Assembly (NCBI RefSeq): GCF_035084215.1
Contig: NC_090360.1
Span: 5,580,001 to 5,644,000, forward strand
Direction: 5' to 3'
Source of the DNA: Heptranchias perlo
Lineage: Eukaryota
DNA: 64,000 bases
Both the position numbers and the translations under genes were made by a program. This document shows positions 1 to 12,000 of this stretch, piece by piece. The notes under the pieces were generated by a model. It saw only the letters and a program-made list of their open reading frames with translations, was not told where the DNA came from and did no database searches. Positions within the stretch are counted from its first letter, which is position 1, and each line of letters starts with the position of its first letter.

Positions 1-94
1 CTACATTCGAAGTCGTGGCGCTTCCCACCACCAGCAGGATGTTGGGTCCCTCATTTCCTGTGGTGTATCTCTGTATCCATAAGTTCTTCAGGGT
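1..94 (-). CDS. SCaMC-like coding exon 9, truncated by window edge (TLKNLWIQRYTTGNEGPNILLVVGSATTSNV)
   Basis: ttctttcag acceptor at 95-96; TLKN.W..RY pattern. Confidence 0.88.
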
Positions 95-3000
95 CTGAAA
101 GAACAAAATCGGGACTCTCAAAAGAAACGCCATTCATGGGCCAAGAAGGCAAATTGTACAAATAAGGAAGAGTAAATATGTACTTGATACAAGTTGGTAG
201 TGTGTAAGTAAACGTGGAAGTTGAAAGTAAATAAGGGATTTGGTCTAATTGTAGATAATCTGTTATAAAGTGTTCTGCATAACAACAATTTGCATTTATA
301 TAGCGCCTTTAACATAGTAAAACATCCCAAGGCACTTCACAGGAGTGTAATCAAACAAGAAATTGACAACGAGCCACATAAAGAGACATTAGGATGCTTG
401 GTCAAAGAGGTAGGTTTTAAGGAGCAACTTAAAGGAGGAGAGGTAAGTAGAGAGGCGGAGAGCTTTAGGGATGGAATTCCAGAGCTTAGGGCCTCAGCAG
501 CTGAAAGTTGGGGCTGTGCAGGAGGCCACAATTGGAGGAGGGCAGAGATCTCAGAGGGTTGTAGGGCTGGAGGAGGTCACCAAAATAGGAAGGGACGAGG
601 CCATGGAGGGATTTGAACACAAGGATAAGAATTTTAAAATCGACCTGGACCAGGAGCCAATATTGACCCCCCCCCCCCCCCAACCCCCAGGATATTGATG
701 GTGGGGGATTCGGCGATGGTAATGCCATTGAATGTCAGGGGCAGGTGGTTAGGCGCTCTTACTGAAGGCGGCCATTTCCTGGCACTTGTATAGCACGAAT
801 GATACTTGCCATTTATAACCCCAGCCTGGATGTTGTCCAGGTCTTGCTGCATGCGGGCACGGACTGCTTCATTATCTGAGGAATTGCGAATGCAATCATC
901 AGTAAACAGCCCCACGATACGAAGAAAAGCAAGGGAGTTCTCCTGGTGTCCTGGCCAATAATCCTTCAACCAACATCACTAAAACAGATTATCTGGTCAT
1001 TTATCTCATTCCTGTTAGTGCGACCTTGCTGTGCAGAAACTTGTAAGTTAGGAAACAATGCAACAACAGTGAATACACTTGAAAAAGTACTTAACTGGCT
1101 GCAAAGTGCTTTGGGGCATCGTGAAAGGTGTTACATAAATTTTTTTTTCAAAAGTTCAACAGGACCAATCTGTTTCTTCTGTAATACGCGCATTGTGAGA
1201 TTTTCTATGTTAAAATCGTGTGTATAAATGCAAGTTGTTGATAGTATACACAGCTACTCTTTTGCATCTGCCCAAAAAACACATCAACACTAACCTCATA
1301 CACAGCCAAGTCTATACCAGCATAGGGGATGATCCCCAGGATATTTGGGACATAGCCCCTGTAGAAGGTGGAAATTCCTTCATACAGGAATATATTCCTG
1401 ACATGGGCATAGAGTTCTCTCGGCTCCCCTGTCTTTCGTAGCGTCATTCTTGTTTTCAGCATCTGTTAGAAGTAAAACCAATTGCAGAGTCACTCATTCC
1501 AATGATTCACATCATCCAATTTCATTTCATTATGAGTTTAGCAATGAACTGAAGGGTCCAAACAAGGGCAATGCCACTTGTCAGTGGTCAGCTCTTCCTC
1601 ATACTTTGATTGAAGTTCAAACTCCAGGTACAGTTTTCAAAATGGTTGCCAGTTACTCAAGGCCATGATACTTTATTCAACATCTTACATTGTAAACGAG
1701 GGGCCCTTGCGGGCGGGTCCTCCAATCGATGCCTTTCCCCTTGCGCAGCTCGAGTGTTGAAATCATTAGAGTGGTGCAAGTCTCTCCAGAATGTGCAGCA
1801 AGTACAGAAATCACTAAAAGCTACTGAACAGGTACAAAAAATAATTTAAAAGGCTAATGGAATGTTGGCCTTTATCTCAACTGGGCTGGAATACAAAGGA
1901 TTGGAAGTCATGTTACAGTTATAGAAAGCTCTGGTTTGACCCCATTTAGCGTATTGCATTCAATTCTGGGCACTGCACCTCAGGAAGAATATATTGGCCT
2001 TGGAGGGGGTGCAGTGCAGATTCACCAGAATGATACTGGGGCGAAAAGGGTTAAATTATGAGGACAGGTTGCATAGACTAGGCTTGCATTCCCTCGAGTA
2101 TAGGAGATTAAGGGGTGATCTAATTGAGGTGGTCAAGATGATTAAAGGAGTTGATAGGGTAGATAGAGAGAAACTATTTCCTCTGGTGGCGGGGTCCAGA
2201 ACATGGGGGCATAACCTTAAAATTAGAGCCAGGCATCAGTGGTGATGTCGGGAAGCACTTCTTCACACAGTGGAAAACTGGAACTCTCTTCCCCCAAAAA
2301 GCTGTTGAGGTTGGGGGTCAATTGAAAATTCCAAGACTGAGATTGATGGATTTTTTGTTAGGCGAGGGTATGAAGGGTTACAAAATCAAGGTGGGTAAAT
2401 GGAATTGAGATACAGATCAGCCATGATCTAATTGAATGGTGGAACAGGCTCGAGGGGCTATAAGGCCGACTCCTGTTCCTCTGTATGAACTCTTGTTCAT
2501 TTGAAATTCCTCTTTCAGCAGATGCATAACCCGTTTCAAATGAAACAGGTTAACACCTTCCACTGAAGTGGCAGAGAAAGGAACTTCAGACAATGCCGTT
2601 CATCCATTAGCATCTCACAGCCCACACCTGTGTGTGGATCACAACCAGCTCCATCAATTTATCCAAAATAAGTCCCCAGGTTATCGTTCAAAAGCGTGAA
2701 CTCCGCACCAAAACGTTGCTGTTCACTTTCCTCTGCGATGGGACAGTTTGAGACTTGTGCACTGAACCAACAGTAAACAGCCGGTGGCGGTGAGCTGTGG
2801 TCTATATTCTAGGTCAAGTTCTTGGGTTGAGATTGCTTTTAGTTTTTGCAATCAGAATGGTTCTGAAAATTGATAATTTAAGAAACTGAACCCAAACCCC
2901 AGAGTCTGAGGATTAACGTGATGTTTCTCACTGCAGGGACTCTGGAAAATTCGAGTCATTCATTCGGAATCGGACAATTTGTTGGTTCGCTCCACAGCAT

Positions 3001-6000
3001 TGGAAGAAAGTCTGGGTGGTCAAGTTATGATTCCTTTTATTGTTGATGGGTGGAAGTTTTAAATAAGCAGTGATAATTAAATTTTTAATGTGTACGTGTA
3101 CTTGCTAACGCTTACCTGAAGTATTTCTGCAGTGATTTAGTGGGTCTGCTTGCATGCGTTTATTTGATGACAGCTATCAAAGTGAGATATCTGTTCTGCT
3201 GGAGACTACAAGGTGTCCTCCCCTATTACCTTATGAATTTTTTTTTGAAATAGTACTGTATTATCACACCAGACCTCTCCAAATTAATGCAAACACTTGG
3301 CCTCCACTAAACATCACATTGAAAAACCATTTAACGTAATAAATTATTTTTTCTTACCTCGACTGGAAAAGTGGCTGTTTGAGAGAATGCACCAGCCATC
3401 GACCCTGCGAGAAATCTTTCTTTCATTCCCAACTGTTCTGAATCACCTGCTAATAGATTCTTTAACTGTGAACACATTTCAGAAATAAAGTTATAAACCT
3501 TAAGGAAAGTATATCCAGTTTGCTCTGTAACTTAATACACCATTTGTTACTTCTCAAAGCATAAAGTCCAGAGTGAAAAAAAAAATTATTCCACCCATCA
3601 AGCATACTCCATCCAGACTCTTAATATTCTATCATGGACTTTCCCCTACTTTTAATGCTAAGTTCCTTCCGCTATATCCCCTAGAGAGAGAGAAAAAAAA
3701 ATCAAGCAGCACAGTTAATATCTCTATCGTCTTCAATTTGCCTTCTCAACAGATGCACTACTTGACTTTTCCAAGTCAAGTAGTCATGTGGCCTCTCATA
3801 TAGCTCATAACATAATGGCTGCCATCTCCACGCACAAGAACTCTTTCAAAATGCCCATGTTCATGTGCCGAATGCTCAGGATAGCCTACAAAGTTGCTGT
3901 CTATTCATTTAAAAAGATATATTGTAATAGATAAGTTCATTGGATTGAAAACTGACAAGTCTCTAGGCCCACACAGTTGCACTGAGAAATGGGTGAGGAA
4001 TTTTGAAATGCATCGGTCATAATCTTCCAAGGATCACTGGATTCAGGAATAATGCCACAGGATTGGACGGGAGCAAACATTAGACCGTATTCAAAAAAGG
4101 GAGGAAGGGATAAACCTAGTAACTACAGGCCAGTTCATTAGTGGGAAATTGCTAGCATCCATTATCAGAGTCATAGTAAATTAGCATTTGGAAAAAAATA
4201 TAAACTAATTAGGGTTGAGATCTTGTGTGAAAGATGTTACGTCTAACCAACCTTTGGTAGAATCTTTGAGGTGGTAGATACAGGAGAATAAATGGATCTC
4301 TTATGTAAGGAGTCTTACAACACCAGGTTATAGTCCAATAGCTTTTTTTGAAATCACAAGCTTTCGGAGGCTTCCTCCTTCGTCAGGTGAGTCACCTGAC
4401 GAAGGAGGAAGCCTCCGAAAGCTTGTGATTTCAAATAAAGCTGTTGGACTATAACCTGGTGTTGTAAGACTCCTCACATTTGTCCACCCCAGTCCATCAC
4501 CGGCATCAGGATCTCTTATGCACAGATTTAAGATGTTTAAAAGAGAAAGAATATTAAGGAAAATGGCATAAGGGAGGTGAATTGGGATTAAAAGTATGAA
4601 GGGTTGTGTTTAGTTTGGCCTGTGCCTTTAAGACCATTACTCGATAACTAAGTGGAGAAGTGGTCTAAATAGGCACATTCTGAGGCAGTGGCATAGGCAG
4701 GTTGGGGGAGGGGCAGGGTGTGTGTGCAGGGTCGGCATACACCCCTTGAAATTTCTATGATTTTATTTTTATTGGACCACTTCACCTTTTGAAAGGAAGT
4801 GCCTTCGATCACTTGATAGGACACCAAAACGACAAGTGTTCTTTCAGAGCTGGTCAGTTCCACAATTCAACCAGTGAAAACCCACCAGTTACGCTCGCGC
4901 TTTCAAACGATCACTTGGATATTGCAGTGAATATAGAGGTAAAGTGACACACGACCAGCTCTTGGACTTCGTGCTTCAGAGTTTTCTACTTGAACCTTAA
5001 GTTGAAATTCCTATTTCAAAAATAGACCTTTTGAAGTAGTTTTATTTGTTCTGGCGAACTCATATCCAAACATATTCCACCCCCCCCCCAATTCACCCTC
5101 CAAAAAAATACATCCTGCCTACGTCAGCGAGTGCCGATTGAGGGAAGTTTCTGTGGACTGACAGCCACTTGTAAATTCTTCACTCCTGCCTTTGGGGGAA
5201 GTCAGCTCATCGAGGTCAGAAAAAACTTCAGGGAATGACCAGCTCTCATCTTCTGAATACTTTTTAAGATATTGCTACCTTTATGTATATGAAAATTGAG
5301 CCAGATGCAAATGTGAGACAAAATTTTGCAAATGGCGCTTTTGAAATGGCATTTTGAGGTGAATTACATAGAATGTACGGCACAGAAACAGGCCATTCGG
5401 CCCAACTGGTCGATGCTGGTGTTTATGCTCCACACAAGCATCCTGCCACCTTACTCATCTAACCCTATCAGCATAACCTTCTATTCCTTTCTCCCTCGTA
5501 TCTTTATCGAGCTTCCCCTTGAATACATCGATGCTATTCGCCTCAATTACTCCTTGCGGTAGTGAGTTCCAAATTCTTACCACTCTAGGGTAAGTTTCTC
5601 CTGAATTCCTTAATTGGATTTATTGGTGATCATCCTATATTTATGGCCCCTAGTTTTGGTCTCCCTGCACAAAACATCTTTTCTACAATTACCCATTCAA
5701 CCCCTTCATAATTTTAAAGATCTCTATTAATATGTAATTTTGAGGAGCAATGACTGGACCAGATGCAAAACTTACTACACCAACAAATCTCCTGCAGTAC
5801 TGCTCCTAGTCAAGTCAGATGATACAGTGATCTATAATGACCAGAACATTATACCAAAGACTATGTGTTGTTCAGGTGCTAAATAGCAGCTGTGTTTGAC
5901 CTTCCCTGTCCCTTCAAGGCCACAAAGTCAAACTATCGTTCAATAAACAGAGCCCCAGGTCAGTGTTTCTTTGCTGTAGGGGCCAGAGAACTTTGCAGAT

Positions 6001-9000
6001 TTCAATGTCCTTGTCTGTTTCAGGTTGTAGCTAAGATGTATCCAACATTTTAAGATTGCTTTGCCTCTGCAACAAAGTGTGATGTCTGGATGCACCAATA
6101 TATTAGATGGAAAGACAGATTAAATGGCAACAGTGCAAAGCTACAATTAATTATCTTATCGTATGTACCTCCTCATACGCCATGAATTTGAAGGCTAGCT
6201 CAGGACCAATTTTGATAATATTAGTAAGATTCCCTCTCCACATTGAGCTGATGCCTCCTTCCGCGATCATTGCCCTTAAGCCACTAGAAATCTTCATCTT
6301 ATTCTGTCGCGTAGAATACACCTGGGGAAATGGTACAAAAGCCAACTCTTTATTCTGCTGATTACAGGTCAAATAGCTGGTGCTGAATAAAAGCTCAAGG
6401 ACAACATCCATTACCAACTGCTGCTTAAAAATGTACCAACAAAAAAAATGAATGAATGAATTCAGGCTAATGTATTACCATTGGAGGATACATAAAAACT
6501 AATACTGTACTCAGTGTAATTTCATTTATGCATAAATCTGGCAAGTGGTTTTAAATATCACAAGGCTAGAACATTTGAACAAAGTATGATTTACATCTAT
6601 GCGTCAACACTGGAGCACACCACATCAGCACAGGATATCGAATATCTACATGTTCCCTGATGTTCACTTAAAATACACATAACAAATAGTTGAATGATAC
6701 CAGAACTGAGAGGTTATAACTATCAGGAAAGACTGAATGGGCTGGGGCTCTTTTCTATAGAAAGGAGAAAGCTGAGGGGTGACCTGATAGAGGTCTTCAA
6801 AATCATGAAGGGGTTTGATAGGGAAGGTCTAACATCTGAAGCATAGAATCATAGCACAGGGGGTGGCCATTTGGCCCATCGTGCCTGTGCCGGCCCTTTG
6901 AAAGAGCTATCCAATTAGTCCCGCTCCCGTGCTCTGTCCCCATATGAGCAAATTGGCAGCATGGTTCTGACGTTTAGCATCTCTGCATCAAGAACTCCCT
7001 GTGGGAATTCAGGTTAATGCAGCTGTTTTACAAATTGCCCCAGCCAGAGGTCAGTAAACTGCTGGTTAATTTCAGGCTCCAGGACAGAAGAACCTAAGAT
7101 GAAATGCCTGGCTTACTTTCTCTTTTAATATTAAAGGGTATGGTGAGCAGGCAGTTGAATGGGATTGAAATGGGTGGAGAAAAGAGACTTATTGGGCTGA
7201 ATGATCTGTTCCTGTGCCGTTAAAATTATATGGAGGTAACTACGACTCAACGTCTTAAGACCTGACCAGGTGTGATCAGAAACCTCGAACCAGATGCCTC
7301 ATCTTCTGCAAGCCTTGAGAATAATTATCTGAACTTTAAGACCCGAGTGCTCTTGGATTTGGTGGACTTATCTGCCTGAGAATAGCCACCTAGTCAAGAT
7401 ATATTTTCTCTCATTCATTACTTGCAAGCTAGAGAGGGCACAAAAGTCACAGGGTGACTAGCACATCCCCTTTTGGCTTTCGGTTGAGTGCGGGTCATGC
7501 TGGGCTCCAATTCCCCACATTTGCAGAAACCAGCTCTCTTAACCCAACGAGCTCATAGCTGCATTTTCCTAGGTCTACGATATCGGTCTCCCGTACATGA
7601 GAGAGGAGGACAGCAAATGAAGGGAGACTTGCACAATAGCTGAACTCCTGTAATATAAATGCACCTCATGATAGACAATGAGTCCAACATTTTGGGTACA
7701 CCAAAAGTTTAGTTATAACTTAAAATAACTAAAAATTAGAAGCAAATAAAACTCGGTTTTCAACAGAATTAATGCACTCAGAAAGCATAAATGACTAGAA
7801 GAATGAGAGGTGATCTCATTGAAACATACAAAATTCTTACAGGGCTCGGCAGGGTAGATGCAAGGAGGATGTTTCCCCTGGCTGGGGAATCTAGAACCAG
7901 GGGTCACAGTCTCAGAATAAGGGGTAAGCCATTTAGGACTGAGATAAGGAGAAATTTCTTCACTCAGAGTGGTGAATCATTGGAATTCTCTACCACAGAG
8001 GGCTGTGGAGGCTCAGTCTTTGAGTACATTCAAAACAGAGATTGATAGATTTCTAGATATTAAAGGCATCAGGGGATATGGGGATGGTGCAGGAAAATGG
8101 CGTTGAGGCAGAAGATCAGCCTTGATAGCCTGCTCCTGCACCTATTTCTTACGTACTTATGACAAGTTTTAAATTACAGGCACAGCAGCAATGTAAAGTC
8201 CTACCTGCATCAGCACCCTTAGACGGTCGAACGGAGCAGTCACGGTTCGTGAAACACCTCCGGCTGTGCCTCCCGCAATCAGCTGGTCCAACCACTTCTC
8301 CGGCACCTTGTTCTCCAAGAATTCCTCACAATTGGTTATGTCATCATTGATAGAGAAGATCTGCCGGGGTTGGAGGGGGGGGCGGGGGGAAGAGAGGAAA
8401 ACATTAAGGTGGTAACGTGATTTTTTAAAAATAAACTTTATTGGTGCTTGCACAGCCCTTGCAGGTTTAAAAAAATAGTAAAAATGAAAAGTATTGGCCC
8501 AGAAATTGCTTAAATAAAGAACGGTGAGCTCAACGGTGCGAAATTGAGGAGCAAGTTCCGGAGTTCGCACACGCGCAGTGAAACGCGGAAACCCAAAACT
8601 TGCTCCTCCTGGTTCGCCAGCGATCTGACAGCTTTGCATTAAAGGGATATCGCCGACTGCAATCAACAGAATCATTGGACCAGCACCAACTTGCTCTCCT
8701 GCCCAGCTGAAAAGTAATTAATATCGCCACAAAACAGGTACGCTTAAAAATACCAGGTCTAAACTAAGTTTTAACAGCACGGTAAGTCATCATGACTGCC
8801 AAACAACTAAAAATTAACTTTTAATAATTTGGAAACTCATTAATCCTTATGTTAATAGATTTGTCATTAAATTTTTTTAAAGTAAAAAATATTTATTTTT
8901 TTATTTTTTCCTCCTATCTCTTATTTAATTCTATTACTTCTTACCCTCTCTTTTCTTCACTGTCTATAATTGTTTTTACAAATGATTTTAGAGTTGTACC

Positions 9001-12000
9001 TTTCACTTCCTGGATTTTACACTCCAGCTTGTGGAAACTGTTCACAGCTTATCAAAAATGCTGTAATCTGTTTGGTCGCCCATAGGTCCTAGGTTTGCTG
9101 GAGCTAACACTGGGCTCTTCTCCACTTCCTATTAGAGGACGGCCCGCAGTATAGACCGCGGTAAGTTAATGGGTTAGTATAAATTTATGGAGCGGCGAGC
9201 ACTGTTGGTTTGTCGCTCCATGCAATTTCTGGCCATTATAGATGTAAAATACTCAGTGTAGCACAAAACCTCCAAAATGTCGCCACTTGTGTTGAGTCTG
9301 TGTCACTGAACTTGGATCATATTTTAGGACTGAAGGAAACCAACATCTGTGACGACAGTAAGGATGAAAGAGACGGCAACATTCCTACACACAAACCTCA
9401 TCCAACTTCTACATCCTCTTGCATTCTTCTCTCTAGCTTGCAATACCATGATATTTCAAGGGAGATTCAATGATCCCAGGGTTAACTCTTTTTTCTAACT
9501 GATCTCAAAGCACAATGACTTTCTGACCCGATTCCTACCATTAAGTCCTGATCCCTTCCATTTTCAGCTGTTTCAAGATACTGTTTTATTTCAGATTTTA
9601 TATTTTAATTTTAATAATCCTATATTGGATAACAGACATCACTGGACTTCAAAGTAATTCATTGCATGCAAAGTGCTTTGAAATGTCTCGGAGAGACATA
9701 AACTGCTGTGTAAATGTAAGTCAGTCTTTCCACACTATGGACTCTGGATAAATGCATGCTTGATTTAATCATGACCCAATCACTCACACTGTACATAACT
9801 GAGGATTCATTTCGGATACACTACTTACACTGTTGAACCTCCAGATGTCAATCATACTTATCATGTTGTCCTCTACTTCTGTTATGTAGATCTTATGCCA
9901 TTCATTCCAGCCAGTGGTCATATAGTCATTTTCGTCCAAGCTGATTAATTGCAATAATAGAAAGAGCAGTATTTGGTTTCTTGACATGGTCTGTATTGTT
10001 TTTGTAAATACATAAATTTACATGCTGAAAGTTAAATTTTTGTATTTATTAAACGTTATGGCACAGTACGTTCACAAAATTGTGCTTTTCCAATGTTAAA
10101 GGTCCCATGGCACTATCCGAAGTAAGTAGGGGAGTTCTCCCGACATCCTGGTCAGCATTTGTCCCTCAACCAATACCAAGAACAATAGATTAATTGGTCA
10201 TTTATCTCATTGCTGTTTGTGAGACCTTGCTGTGCACAAATTGGCTGCTACACTTGCTTACATTACAACAGTGACTGCACTGAAGTACTTTATTGGCTGT
10301 GAAGCACTTCGGGACATCCTGAAGATGTGAAAGATCAAGTGCAAGTTCTTTGCCTCTAGAACCTAGATTCAGATCATCTCACCTCTCTGATGGTTGTGAG
10401 AGTCCATAAAGTGAATTTGGGCAGTCTCATCCCCGTTCCGAATGGGCATTGGCTAACAGTGCAAAATAATTTCTACACAGTTCTCCCTCCCTGGTGAAGA
10501 TCATGACATGCTGAATACCACTACCGCCTATTAGTGACAAACATCTACTGAAGTCCAACCATCCATTCATTCATAAATCTCCATAGATTCTATCCTTCAT
10601 GGAGTGTTGCAAGCAACTGATCATCTCAAAATGATGGAGAAGAAACACATTTAGTGCAGCCATTTAGACAGCACACCAAATATTGCTCCAATCTTGCAAT
10701 GAAAATGTAATGGTTACATTTCTTTGATTAGATTTAACTATTACCAAAGTAGTCAAGATTTCTTTGAAATGAGGATAAAATTGGGGTACAAAGTGAAGTT
10801 TGAGATGACCTTTTAAAATAATGGATAATTCCCTTTTTCTTTTGAAAGCAAGCCAGAAATGTGCACCATAAAAACTTCCTGGTAAGCGTCTACTAATCCA
10901 CCCAACAGGAAAGCACTGGATACACAATCTGTGAACCAAATAGAACATTCTTCAAATGTTGCCAGTATCTTTTGCTTCGTTGCAAAGGAATAAGCAACAA
11001 GTTGAATTCCTTATTTCTTGGGTTCTCCTAAAGTATAATTTCAGAAAATTTATGCTAAAAGCTGGATCAATTTGAGTCAGGCAATGGAGTCTAAAACCCG
11101 GGAATCAGTTAGGAAAACCCAAGTGCTGTGACAGGGTCTTAATGGATTTTCTTCATCTATATTTATCTTGTGAATTTACCACTTCATCCCTTTCCGTGCC
11201 ATTAGGATTTAGTTCATCAGTAAAACGATTCTTGCATATATTTGTATTGACTTACTGTTCAAGAATCTTTTTCGCCTGGTAAATATTAAGATGGATATTC
11301 AGTTTCTTCATGAGGCCTATAATCTTCAATGCGCCAATTTTGTCTACAAACATACATTCACAAATTAAATCTGTTACAAAGTAAACTGCCCTTAATTAAT
11401 AAAACTTGTTTGGGAGGCTGTAGAAAGAAATGGTGCTATAGTGTTATAGTTTTTTTTCTTGGATGTGGGTAATGCTGGCAAGGAGGCATTTATTGCCCAT
11501 CCCTCATTGCCCTGGGGGATTAACAGTCAACCACATAATGTGGGACAGGAGCCAGGTGTCGGCCAGAAGGACACTGGTGAATCAGTTGGGTTTTTAAACG
11601 ACAATCTGGCCGCTTTCATGATTATTTGGTGTCGGGTCACAAATTGCCAGATTTATTGAATTCAATTTCACAGTTTATGCAACAGACCTGTGTCTTTCAA
11701 ACTTTCCTCGCAAGAGACCTCAGCAAATAGTGACACAATCCTGTAAATAACGACACAGTACTGGGGGGACCCCTTTCTTAGGTTTCCAACAGAGAGAATC
11801 AGCATCAAGTGGTGCAATACTGAGCCACACAGAACAGGACCCTTTTACTCACTATTTCTGTTCTTTTCAATGCTTCCAAAGCCAAGCATTATCTTCATTT
11901 TGTGCATCGCAAGGTATTTCCGGAACTCTTCAAAGTCTCCAGCTTTCAAACCATCCTTTAATAGAGCACATTTTTTTGAAAAGAAAGAAAAAGTTGTTTT

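Larger units (their letters stand above)
4303..4508. mobile_element. Penelope-like element inverted pseudo-LTR (palindrome) with flanking 12-bp direct repeat
   Basis: 88-bp arms 4303-4390 / 4392-4479 (3 mismatches); ggatctcttatg at 4294-4305 and 4509-4520. Confidence 0.85.

Noticed and set aside
3112-3210. Candidate carrier exon ending at CAG/gtaagc
   Set aside because: In-frame stop and no homology; the true exon is 3358-3465
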